Shown: positions 48,925-57,966 of the stretch, in pieces
Numbering within the stretch: position 1 is the stretch's first letter
Layout: the number at the start of each line of letters is the position of its first letter
Source: an uncultured Clostridia bacterium
GTDB lineage: Bacteria; Bacillota; Clostridia; Oscillospirales; CAG-272
Length of the DNA stretch: 64,000 nt
Reading direction: 5' to 3'
Assembly (NCBI GenBank): GCA_944381085.1
Contig: CALWJX010000005.1
Location: 24,289-88,288, forward strand
Made by a program: the position numbers and the translations under genes
Notes under the pieces: model-generated
What the model was told of the DNA's origin: nothing
The model's database searches: none
The model's input: only the letters and a program-made list of their open reading frames with translations

Positions 48925-51177
48925 TTATCTGCCCTGAACGACTTGTTGCATCTGCTCGTTCTGCAGAGACCAGAGCTTGTAGTAAACGCCCTTTCTTTCA
49001 AGAAGTTCGTGTGCCTCGCCCATTTCGGCGACTTCTCCGTTTTCAATTGCCATAATATAATTGCAGTTTCTCAGTGTGGAAAGTCTGTGCGCTATGGTTA
49101 TTGTGGTTTTGCCTTCAATAAGTTTGTCTATAGCTTCACTGATAAGTCTTTCGGTTTCATTGTCCATCGCGGCGGTAGCTTCGTCAAGAATAAGCAGAGA
49201 AGGGGAAAGCAAAAGCGCGCGGGCAATTGATACCCTCTGACGTTCACCGCCCGAAAGAGAACGGCGTCCTATACCTACTATGGTCTCATACCCTTCGGGC
49301 AGCTGCATGATAAATTCGTGAGCGTTTGCCGCTTTTGCCGCGGCTATTACCTCATCCATGCTTGCTTCCGGACGGGCGTAACGTATATTGTCCGCTATGG
49401 TTCCGCTGAAAATGTATACTTCCTGCGACACTATCGCTATGTTTTTTCTAAGGGATTCCATTTTAATGTCTTTTATATTTATACCGTCAATCATAACCGA
49501 ACCGCTGACAGTATCGTACATTCTGGTTATAAGATTGGCTATCGTGGACTTTCCGCTGCCGGTGTGTCCCACAACTCCCACGTGGTCTCCCGCGTTTATA
49601 TGAAAGCTGACGTCTTTGAGTATCGGCTTGTTTACACTGTAGTGGAAACTTACATGGTCAAAATCTATGTCTCCCTTGATTGTTTCAAGTTCGACCGCCT
49701 CGGGAGAATCGGTAATTTCGGGTATTGTGTCAAGTATTTCAAACATTCTGGTCGCGGAATTCATTGTGTCGGTTATAAGGTTTGTAAAACTTGTAAAGAA
49801 GTTAAGAGGACCGAAAATCATACCGAGATATCCGATATACGCGGTAAGGTCTCCGTATGTCATTTCGTTGCCGATGACCTTAATTCCTCCGAATCCCCAT
49901 ATCATCTGTGAGGATATACCGATAAGCAGACCGATAAAAGGGAATATAAAAAGCTGTACCTTGTTGGCGTTGAGGTTTGCCAGATAAAGTCTTTTTGCGT
50001 ATTTGTTGAACCGTTGGGTCTCCTCGACTTCTTTTGAGAACGCCTTTACGACTCTTGCTCCGTTCAGGGAGTCGGCAAGCATTCCGTTGAGAGAAGAGGA
50101 ACGTCTCCACATTCTTGAATACGAACGCCACAGCTTGGGAAGAGCGAATTTGAAAATGAGCACAATAATCGGCACCGGTATGTAAACTATAAGTGTAAGC
50201 TGCCAATTGAGTACAAAAAGGAAAATCGTAAGACCTATAAAATTCAGACCGTGAATAATAAGCGCCGGAACACCGTCAATAAAGAAGCTTCTTATACGTA
50301 CAGCGTCGTAGTTTACACGGTTGTTCAGTCGTCCGCTTGAGTTTTTGTTGAAGAACGAAACAGAGAGACGGCTCATTGCGCTGAAGATATCGTCTTTCAT
50401 TTGTTTTGTGACTCTTGTGGACATATACGCGTTTGTACGGTTCTGGATAATACTGATGAGAAGGGAAAAGATCGCAAGCCCCATCAATAGACCGACAATA
50501 ATATAAACGTACTTCAACTCATGCATATCGCCTGTGGGCGAGACTACGCGGTCGTACAGCAGCTTTCCGCTTATGATAGGATTGATAAGAGAAATGGCTG
50601 AGGTAAGTAGCATACAGACAAGTATAACCGCCAATTGCTTTTTAAAGGGTTTGAAGTATGCCAGAAGACGCACAAACATCCCCTTCTTCTTCGAGCAATG
50701 CTCACAGATGCGTCTTTGCTGGTCGGGATATACCGTACCGCATTTCGGACATCTTGCGTTGAACTGGTCGAATACCGAGTCGTCTTCGGCTATTTGCTCG
50801 CCGCGCTGCATTCTCTCCATTATGTTTAGAAAGGCGACAAGGCGGCTTTTACAGGCATTTGTGCAGCTTCCGAGCACAAACGTGGTTCTGTCTTTTTTAT
50901 TCTCCGCCTTATGATAAGCGAGAAGACGGTTTGACGTAGTATAGCTGTCTATGTACAAATCTTCGATTTTATCGATGTCATAAAATGTGCATTTTTCATT
51001 TTTAACGGAAACATGTACAAGCCGGTTGCACTCTTTGTTAAGTATCAGCCATTCGCTGCCGAAATTTCCGTCTGTGTCAAGATCGAGATGAAGCGCGGCT
51101 TCTATTTCTTCCTCGGAAACTTTGTTTTGTCCGAGGATCCTTAAAACATCCTTGTCAGGGGTGTTGATGGGTAACAT
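48925..51177 (-). CDS. ABC exporter half-transporter (TMD-NBD) with an N-terminal cytoplasmic extension containing a zinc ribbon
   Basis: Walker A GHTGSGKST, signature LSGGERQR, Walker B LLILDEATAAMD. The extra N-terminus includes CPKCGTVYPDQQRRICEHC. Confidence 0.85.
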   Translation of the reverse strand: MLPINTPDKDVLRILGQNKVSEEEIEAALHLDLDTDGNFGSEWLILNKECNRLVHVSVKNEKCTFYDIDKIEDLYIDSYTTSNRLLAYHKAENKKDRTTFVLGSCTNACKSRLVAFLNIMERMQRGEQIAEDDSVFDQFNARCPKCGTVYPDQQRRICEHCSKKKGMFVRLLAYFKPFKKQLAVILVCMLLTSAISLINPIISGKLLYDRVVSPTGDMHELKYVYIIVGLLMGLAIFSLLISIIQNRTNAYMSTRVTKQMKDDIFSAMSRLSVSFFNKNSSGRLNNRVNYDAVRIRSFFIDGVPALIIHGLNFIGLTIFLFVLNWQLTLIVYIPVPIIVLIFKFALPKLWRSYSRMWRRSSSLNGMLADSLNGARVVKAFSKEVEETQRFNKYAKRLYLANLNANKVQLFIFPFIGLLIGISSQMIWGFGGIKVIGNEMTYGDLTAYIGYLGMIFGPLNFFTSFTNLITDTMNSATRMFEILDTIPEITDSPEAVELETIKGDIDFDHVSFHYSVNKPILKDVSFHINAGDHVGVVGHTGSGKSTIANLITRMYDTVSGSVMIDGINIKDIKMESLRKNIAIVSQEVYIFSGTIADNIRYARPEASMDEVIAAAKAANAHEFIMQLPEGYETIVGIGRRSLSGGERQRVSIARALLLSPSLLILDEATAAMDNETERLISEAIDKLIEGKTTITIAHRLSTLRNCNYIMAIENGEVAEMGEAHELLERKGVYYKLWSLQNEQMQQVVQGR

Positions 51178-51562
51178 TTCTCAAATCTTCCTTTCTGTTA
51201 AAGCTTTTTGTAAGCTGGCTGGATTGTATGTCATTTTTTGTATACGCAAATTACAGAAGTTTTTGTGATTTCACACTTAAATTCTATTATACGCAGAGCA
51301 AAAATAAACTTATAAATCGGTTTTTAATTAATCGTTAATAAGGATATCATAAATTAAAATATTTGCAAGAGGCAAATGTACAAAAAAATCATATAAAAAA
51401 GTAAAAAATATAGTTCAAAATAAATAAAATGAGCCCGAAAGGATGTCAATAAATTCTGAAATGTGTATTAACGGTGAATGCTCTGTGAACACTGCTGAGA
51501 GTAGAGTTTTATTTTGCCGTAAATTTTTTTCGATAAAATAATTTATTTTTTTCTGAAATACC

Positions 51563-51591
51563 TTGACAGACGAGGTATAATGTGTTATAAT
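51563..51591 (+). promoter_or_regulatory. consensus extended -10 sigma-70-type promoter for the PadR operon
   Basis: TTGACA (51563-51568), 17-nt spacer, TGtTATAAT (-10 at 51586-51591). Confidence 0.6.
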
Positions 51592-51638
51592 GTAACTACC
51601 AAAAATGAAATAACAAATATCAGAGAGGAGGGGGCCAC

Positions 51639-51983
51639 TTGTCAATTACATCTGACCTTATTCGTGGGCACACGGATACAATAATACTTGCTTCATTAAT
51701 TAACGGCGACAGCTATGCTTACAGGATAAACCGGGGAATTTATGACGCGACGTCCGGAAGATACGAGCTTAAAGAAGCGACTCTGTATACCGCGTTCAAA
51801 CGTCTTGAAGAATCGGGGTGTATATGTTCGTATTGGGGCGATGAGGAGACCGGAGCCAGACGAAGGTACTATTCCATAACAAACCGGGGCAGAGAAACTT
51901 ATAAAAAGTTGATCAATGAATGGTCTGAGGCAAAAGAATTGATAGAAAGGCTTGTTATAAGAGACACGGCAGACAACGGTTGA
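51639..51983 (+). CDS. PadR-family transcriptional regulator
   Basis: Winged-helix PadR pattern (GHTDTIILASLINGDSYAYRI ... EATLYTAFKRLEESG ... RRYYSIT). TTG start with a GAGGAGGGG RBS. Confidence 0.85.
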   Translation: MSITSDLIRGHTDTIILASLINGDSYAYRINRGIYDATSGRYELKEATLYTAFKRLEESGCICSYWGDEETGARRRYYSITNRGRETYKKLINEWSEAKELIERLVIRDTADNG

Positions 51984-52045
51984 AGACGCGAGAATTTTAA
52001 TAACATAGGTTACGCCAAATTTGAGGCGGGGAGGGTATTAATAAG

Positions 52046-52852
52046 ATGAAAGAAAAACTTCGAGACTATATAGAATCTGTTTTTTCCGACGCTCCGGATT
52101 GCAGGAAAACAAGGGAGCTCAAGGAGGAAATGTATCAGAATCTGTGTGACAAGTACGATGACTTGATAAGTGACGGAAGAAGCGAGGCTGCGGCATACAA
52201 TATAGCCATTTCCGGGGTGGGAGATATCAGCGGAATAGTAGACTCGCTTAAAGAGGAATACGGAGAGCAGTTGAAAAACGATAGCTCGCCAAAACCGACA
52301 GAGGACAATCCGCACGAGAATCCGGATGAAAAAACGAAAAAACCCGAATATACACAAGAGGCAAGCGAGCAAATACGCAAATATAAAATAACCTCCGGAA
52401 TACTGACCGCTATAGCCGTTGCGTTATATATTCTTTGCTGGGTGCCGCTGGCTGTGCTTTCGATGCTTTATACATCAAACTTTTATGATATGGTCGGGCT
52501 GGCGGTTATGATGATAATGATCGCGTTGGCTACCGGTCTGCTTATTTTCAAAGGCGCCCTGAAGCCCGCGGTTATGTTGAATAAAAAAGGAAATTACTCT
52601 GAATACGATATTCCGGACAAAGAAACTACCGAAGACAAAAGCAAAAGCAAAAACAAGAACAAGAAAAAGAAAAATCCGGCGCTTAAAGCTGTCAGCAGCG
52701 CTTTATGGACTCTTACGGTGGTCGTTTATATATTGATAAGCTTTATAACATTCGCGTGGCATATTACATGGATAATTTTCCTCATTGCCGCGGCGATAGA
52801 CAATATAATAGACGCGATATTTGAGATTGCGGGCGCAAAATACCGTGATTGA
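52046..52852 (+). CDS. membrane protein with a DUF1700-like (permease prefix domain 1) N-terminus
   Basis: The N-terminal soluble helix bundle (LRDYIESVFSDAPDCRKTRELKEEMYQNLCDKYDDL) is typical of proteins that follow PadR genes. It is followed by several TM helices. Confidence 0.6.
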   Translation: MKEKLRDYIESVFSDAPDCRKTRELKEEMYQNLCDKYDDLISDGRSEAAAYNIAISGVGDISGIVDSLKEEYGEQLKNDSSPKPTEDNPHENPDEKTKKPEYTQEASEQIRKYKITSGILTAIAVALYILCWVPLAVLSMLYTSNFYDMVGLAVMMIMIALATGLLIFKGALKPAVMLNKKGNYSEYDIPDKETTEDKSKSKNKNKKKKNPALKAVSSALWTLTVVVYILISFITFAWHITWIIFLIAAAIDNIIDAIFEIAGAKYRD

Positions 52853-52893
52853 TAATCGGACAGAGCTTAATTAAAGAGAACAGGAGAATTTTT

Positions 52894-53856
52894 ATGAGTG
52901 AAAATAAGGTAAGAGGAGCGGCTATAGTTAAATTGGTCGTGTGGCTTGTCGTGCTGGCGATACTGTGCCCGATTTTTATATTCGCCATGGAATCTGATTT
53001 TCTTGACGACATTGTACACGGGTATAATTTTTCACTGATTGGCGGGGATTATTACAAGGACGCGGATTCCTACAATGTGGGAGAATTTGAGTACGGCGAA
53101 CAGATAACAGGTATTGATATAGATTGGGTAGGCGGGAAAATAGAGATTGTAGTGTATGACGGGGATACCGTTAAGCTTGAGGAGGAAAACGAGGGCACGG
53201 ACAGAGACGACTGGATGCGCTCCAAGGTTGAGAACGGCAGACTTGTAATCAAGCATGTAAAATCGGGAATGTTCTTTTTCCATTCTTCGCCGACAAAGAA
53301 TCTGAAGGTATATCTGCCGGGGGAAGTCGCCGAAAATCTGGGAGCGGTCAGTATAGATTCTGTATCTTCCGATATACAGATTGAGGCTGTTGCCGCGGGG
53401 AAAATCGATATCAGTACGGTTTCGGGCAATCTGAAACTGAATAATGTCAATGTCGGCACACTCGATATAGACGGTACAAGTAACGAAAGTATTTTGAATA
53501 ATGTTACTGTCGGTGAAATTGACATTGATACCACAAGCGGCAGTACTCTGATTAGTTCCGGCGCTGTAGGTAAAATCAATTTTGATTCGGTGTCGGGAGA
53601 TCTGGAGATACGTACTTCTACAATGCCGACGTCTGTCGAGGGGGATACTACCAGCGGTAATTTCATACTGTATACTCCTTTTTCGGAAGAAGGCTTCAGG
53701 GCGGAGTCCGATTCTGTAAGCGGAGACATGAATGTGTGGTTCGCTGACGGAAAGAAAATGAGCGGCAACAGTCTGGTGGTCGGAAACGGCAGGTACTCAT
53801 ACGAATTTGATTCAACAAGCGGAAATTTCACGATAACAGAGACTGAGATGAACTGA
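52894..53856 (+). CDS. DUF4097-like beta-strand-repeat protein (putative adhesin-like), membrane anchored
   Basis: N-terminal TM helix, then repeated V-S-G-D/N-(L/I) strands (TVSGNLKLNN, TTSGSTLIS, SVSGDLEIR, TTSGNFILY, SVSGDMNV, STSGNFTI). Start at MSENK (52894). Confidence 0.6.
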   Translation: MSENKVRGAAIVKLVVWLVVLAILCPIFIFAMESDFLDDIVHGYNFSLIGGDYYKDADSYNVGEFEYGEQITGIDIDWVGGKIEIVVYDGDTVKLEEENEGTDRDDWMRSKVENGRLVIKHVKSGMFFFHSSPTKNLKVYLPGEVAENLGAVSIDSVSSDIQIEAVAAGKIDISTVSGNLKLNNVNVGTLDIDGTSNESILNNVTVGEIDIDTTSGSTLISSGAVGKINFDSVSGDLEIRTSTMPTSVEGDTTSGNFILYTPFSEEGFRAESDSVSGDMNVWFADGKKMSGNSLVVGNGRYSYEFDSTSGNFTITETEMN

Positions 53857-53974
53857 TATAGCTAAATTAAGACGTCCTCGCCACAAAAGAAGGCGGACGC
53901 CGCCTGATTTTTTCTTCAGTGAGTGATAATCTTTTACTGAAATGTTGCATTACGGGGCTTGTTTCCTTATTTAA
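53857..53974 (+). repeat. dispersed intergenic repeat, copy E (long form with GC-rich hairpin insert)
   Basis: TATAGCTAAATTAAGACGTCCTCGCCACAAAAGAAGGCGGACGCCGCCTGATTTTTTCTTCAGTGAG..TTACTGAAATGTTGCATTACGGGGCTTGTTTCCTTATTTAA. It starts immediately after the stop codon at 53856. Confidence 0.75.
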
Positions 53975-53984
53975 AAGTATAAGA

Positions 53985-54042
53985 ATACCCGCATTTCAAT
54001 ACAGCGTTTTGGCTGTTTTGGAATGCGGGTATATTTTTATTT
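53985..54042 (+). terminator. intrinsic terminator candidate
   Basis: ATACCCGCATT.C ... GAATGCGGGTAT stem followed by ATTTTTATTTT. Confidence 0.6.
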
Positions 54043-54089
54043 TAAAGTTGAATTTACAAAACCTGACTTAAATACATTTACTTCGATTA

Positions 54090-55115
54090 TTACATTATTT
54101 CATGTATCCAGCCTTCGGGAGCCGGAATGTCGCCCATTTGTATTCCCGTGAGGGTATCGTAAAGCTCTTTTGTGATTTTTCCCATCTCAGACATTCCGGA
54201 CGGCAGACAAATCTCTTTGCCGTGGTCAACGATTTTTCCTACGGGAGAAATTACAGCCGCGGTGCCGCAAAGCCCGCATTCCGCGAAGTCGGGAAGCTCT
54301 GACAGATAAACCTCGCGTTCTTCAACCTCAAGGTTCAGGTATTCACGGGCTACATGAACAAGTGAACGGCGTGTTATCGAGGGAAGTATGCTGTTGGATT
54401 TCGGGGTTACTATTTTGTTGTCCTTTGTGACAAAGATGATATTCGCTCCGCCGGTTTCCTCGATTTTCGTTCTTGTCGCCGGGTCAAGATAAATATTTTC
54501 ATCGAAGCCCAACTCATGCGCTTCAACGATGTTATAAAGACTCATGGCGTAGTTGAGTCCGGCTTTGATATTTCCCGTACCGTGGGGAGCGGCTCTGTCA
54601 AGGTCCGAGATCCTGACAGTGATAGGCTTCGCGCCGCCCTTGAAGTAAGGACCTACCGGAGTTGTGAAAATTCTGAACTGGAATTCGGCGGCAGGCTTAA
54701 CGCCTATTACCGCGCTTGTGCCCATCATATAAGGACGTATGTAGAGCGTCGCGCCAGAACCGTAAGGAGGTACGTATGCCGCGTTGGCTTTTACGGTTTG
54801 CGTAACGGCGTCTACAAAGCGTTCTTTAGGGAAAACCGGCATCTTGAGCTTATCTGCCGACTGAATCATACGTTCAGCGTTGAGGTCGGGACGGAAAGTA
54901 ACAATTTTTCCGTGTTTGGTAGTGTAAGCCTTCAGACCTTCAAAACAGGTCTGAGCGTATTGAAAAACACAGGCACATTCGCTGAGTGTAATGGTGTCGT
55001 CCTCGATAAGCTGACCGTCGTCCCATTTGCCGTCTCGGTTATATGAAACATATCTTTTATCGGTTTTTATGTACCCGAAGCCAAGCTCCTCCCATTTTAA
55101 ATCTTTCTTTTCCAT
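54090..55115 (-). CDS. ilvE: branched-chain amino-acid aminotransferase
   Basis: Class IV aminotransferase pattern (FEGLKAY.., GTGNIKAGLNYA, ETGGANIF). Start at MEKKDLKWEELGFGY. Confidence 0.9.
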   Translation of the reverse strand: MEKKDLKWEELGFGYIKTDKRYVSYNRDGKWDDGQLIEDDTITLSECACVFQYAQTCFEGLKAYTTKHGKIVTFRPDLNAERMIQSADKLKMPVFPKERFVDAVTQTVKANAAYVPPYGSGATLYIRPYMMGTSAVIGVKPAAEFQFRIFTTPVGPYFKGGAKPITVRISDLDRAAPHGTGNIKAGLNYAMSLYNIVEAHELGFDENIYLDPATRTKIEETGGANIIFVTKDNKIVTPKSNSILPSITRRSLVHVAREYLNLEVEEREVYLSELPDFAECGLCGTAAVISPVGKIVDHGKEICLPSGMSEMGKITKELYDTLTGIQMGDIPAPEGWIHEIM

Positions 55116-55281
55116 TTTAGTAGTCCTTTCAGAAATCATCCTCTGCACAGGGGACAAAAAATATATTCTGTATTAATTATATCACTTTTTAATTCGCGTT
55201 TCAATAGTATAAGCGTAAAAAATCAAAAAATACGGGAATAAATTTTCAAAGCGTTTTTATCAGACCGAATGTATCGGCAAA

Positions 55282-56634
55282 TCAGCTTGTCAGGTTTTTT
55301 ATCCAGTTATATCTGTTGACCTTGATTGCCGCGGGCAGGCATTTGAATATCTGGTCTGCGTTCAGACAGGCTATGATTGCCACGGGGTGCCAGTTGAATA
55401 CGAACGCGGCGACAAAGGATACGGGAAGCACTATTCCCCAGATGCTTATAAGATCTACCTTGAGTACAAAAGCCGAGTCTCCGCCTCCCCGGATTATCCC
55501 GGTGTTGACCGGCATCTGATACGCCGTGCCTATTCCCGTTACGCAGAGTACAAGCAGAAATCCGTTTGCGAGCGATTTAGCCTCGTCCGATATGTTGTAG
55601 AACGACAGAATCGGGGTGCGCAGAAGAAACAGGGAAATACCCGTCAAAAGACCTATGCAGATGAAAATAAACTGCAGGGTTTTGGAATATTCGCGGATTT
55701 TTTCGGTTTCTCCCTTTCCAATTGTTTTTCCGATAATGACAGACGCGGCGCTCGCCGAGCCTACCGCCGCAACCTTAAGCACCTGATACAGTGTTGAAGA
55801 AACCGAATTCGCGGCTATGGCTGCGTCTGTCATATGACCTAAAATAACCGTCTGGAGCGCGGTGGATACTCCGAAAAGCCCATCGGTTATAACAAACGGA
55901 ATGCAGGTGAATATGTATTTTTTTATATGTCCTGAGTCGGATTTTAAAATTTCAACGGGTTTGATTTTAAGATTTTTGTCGAGAAAAACAGTATGTACGA
56001 CCACAATTATGCATTCAACGGCGCGGGATATCAGAGTGGCTGCCGCCGCGCCGGCGGCTCCCATTTCGGGAAATCCGAATTTGCCGAAAATAAAAAGATA
56101 GTTAAGTGTAATATTGAGCACCAGAGTCACTACCGAAACCCGGAAACCTATTTTGACGCTTTCTGCCGATCGCAATACCGCAAGCAGAATTGTGGAGAGG
56201 GCAAACAGCGGGTAAGTATATTTGATTATTCTGAGGTATGCGACGCCTTCTTTGATTATCTCATCCGAGTCCGTGAAAATTCCCACAACCCCGCTTGGCG
56301 TTACCGCGGCAAAAATAAATAATATCACAGCAAACAGCATTACGACCGCCAAAGCTCCCGCCGCGGTCTTTTTTATCGGTTCCGTGCGCTTTTGTCCCCA
56401 GTATTGACTGCCGAGCACGACCATGGCGCTGCCCAGCCCTACGGTTATCTGCTGAAATATAAACTGTATCTGATTACAGGCCGCCGCCCCCGACAAAGCC
56501 GACTCGCTGTATGCTCCGAGCATTATATTGTCTGCAAGCCCCACGCTGAGCACGATGATATTGTTTAGTACAAGCACATACCACAGTGAAAAAAAGTTTT
56601 TGTAAAATTGTTTGTCTTTTGTGAGAATTTTCAT
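55282..56634 (-). CDS. MATE-family efflux transporter
   Basis: About 12 TM segments, 450 aa, with a typical MATE N-terminus and internal duplication. Confidence 0.85.
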   Translation of the reverse strand: MKILTKDKQFYKNFFSLWYVLVLNNIIVLSVGLADNIMLGAYSESALSGAAACNQIQFIFQQITVGLGSAMVVLGSQYWGQKRTEPIKKTAAGALAVVMLFAVILFIFAAVTPSGVVGIFTDSDEIIKEGVAYLRIIKYTYPLFALSTILLAVLRSAESVKIGFRVSVVTLVLNITLNYLFIFGKFGFPEMGAAGAAAATLISRAVECIIVVVHTVFLDKNLKIKPVEILKSDSGHIKKYIFTCIPFVITDGLFGVSTALQTVILGHMTDAAIAANSVSSTLYQVLKVAAVGSASAASVIIGKTIGKGETEKIREYSKTLQFIFICIGLLTGISLFLLRTPILSFYNISDEAKSLANGFLLVLCVTGIGTAYQMPVNTGIIRGGGDSAFVLKVDLISIWGIVLPVSFVAAFVFNWHPVAIIACLNADQIFKCLPAAIKVNRYNWIKNLTS

Positions 56635-56865
56635 GACGCTTTCCGAATTTGTATTGAGTATTTTATTTTTATTTTATCACTTATGGCTTTTTTTGTCAAG
56701 TCTTGTATATACGTTTATGCCAAAAAATGACAAATTTTACAAAATAATATTGAAATCAAAAATTTTGGCAGCTATAATTTGATTAATTTATGGAATTTTT
56801 TGGTATCGGGCGGATTTATACGTTCGTTTTTTTATTTTTATAATTTATTAAGGAGGCTGAAAATT

Positions 56866-57795
56866 ATGAAGTACAAAGAGTGGTTATATGAATGGCTGGA
56901 AATTTATGAGAAACCGTCTGTAAAAAAACGCACATATGACCAATATGCGGATATTGTAAACCGCAGACTTGTGCCTGTTTTGGGAGAATATGAGCTTAAA
57001 GATCTTACCGCGGCGGTATTGCAGAGGTATATAGCGATTTTGTATCAGAGCGGCAATACAAAAACCGGAAAGGGGTTGTCCTCAAATTCTGTAAACAGTA
57101 TTATTCTGGTCATTCATTCTTCTTTGAGCATGGCGCATACGCTTGGTTTTACAGATGAATTTCACGTTGACAAACTAAAACGTCCCAGAATCAGGGAAAA
57201 ACCGGTGGAATGCTTTACTTTACAGGAGCAAAAGCTCATAGAGCGGGCGGTGCTGTGCGACAAGCGCGATAAAATGTTCGGCATTGTCCTGTGTCTTTAT
57301 ACCGGGCTGCGTATCGGGGAGCTTTTATCTCTTGAATGGGTCGATATCGATTTGAAAAATTCCGAACTGTCGGTTACAAAGACCTGTTATGAGGGAAAAG
57401 ATGAAAACGGCAATTGGCAGAGGATAGTCAGCACTCCGAAAACCGAGCGTTCAAGGCGGATAGTTCCCGTACCTAAACAGCTGTTGCCTTATCTGAAGGA
57501 GTTGAAAAAAAGAAGTCGTTCAAAATATGTGGTGGGACGCGGGGATAGTTTTGTTTCGGTGAGGTCGTATCAGCGCAGTTTTGAGCTTTTGCTTAAAAAA
57601 TTAAAAATACCGCATCACGGATTTCATTCCCTGAGACATACGTTTGCCACAAGAGCGCTTGAATGTGGCATGGATGTTAAATCTTTGTCCGAGATACTCG
57701 GACACAACGATCCGTCGGTTACTTTAAAACGATACGCGCATTCCTTTATGGCGCATAAAAAGGAGTATATGAACAGATTAGGAAAGCTGCTCTGA
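56866..57795 (+). CDS. tyrosine-type site-specific integrase/recombinase
   Basis: N-terminal SAM-like core-binding domain. Catalytic residues in context (GLRIGELLSLEW; HSLRHTFATRA; LGH; RYAH). AAGGAGG RBS before the ATG at 56866. Confidence 0.85.
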   Translation: MKYKEWLYEWLEIYEKPSVKKRTYDQYADIVNRRLVPVLGEYELKDLTAAVLQRYIAILYQSGNTKTGKGLSSNSVNSIILVIHSSLSMAHTLGFTDEFHVDKLKRPRIREKPVECFTLQEQKLIERAVLCDKRDKMFGIVLCLYTGLRIGELLSLEWVDIDLKNSELSVTKTCYEGKDENGNWQRIVSTPKTERSRRIVPVPKQLLPYLKELKKRSRSKYVVGRGDSFVSVRSYQRSFELLLKKLKIPHHGFHSLRHTFATRALECGMDVKSLSEILGHNDPSVTLKRYAHSFMAHKKEYMNRLGKLL

Positions 57796-57881
57796 TTGCA
57801 AGTCTGTCAAGCGGGATAATATTATCACGGCGTGTCAGTCTCCGGATGCGTGCTCAAGTGTCTTTAAACCCTGTACGGTAA

Positions 57882-57952
57882 CTTATAATTTATAAGTCCA
57901 ATGTCAATAATAGTTAATGACCGAGAATATATACCGGCTTATAAATTATAAA
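57882..57952 (+). promoter_or_regulatory. pair of 15-bp AT-rich palindromes upstream of the Y-family polymerase gene
   Basis: CTTATAATTTATAAG (57882-57896) and CTTATAAATTATAAA (57938-57952), 56 bp centre to centre. The second abuts the RBS. Confidence 0.4.
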
Positions 57953-57966
57953 CGGAGGGCGCCGCC

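Noticed and set aside
51415-51645. 76-aa ORF in the AT-rich divergent region between the ABC operon and padR.
   Set aside because: It overlaps the consensus PadR promoter, has no RBS or recognisable family, and AT-rich DNA readily yields such ORFs.
57796-57966. Looked for a LexA/Cheo box (GAAC-N4-GTTC type) upstream of the Y-family polymerase.
   Set aside because: I found no such motif by eye; only the AT-rich palindromes are present. SOS control is therefore not claimed.
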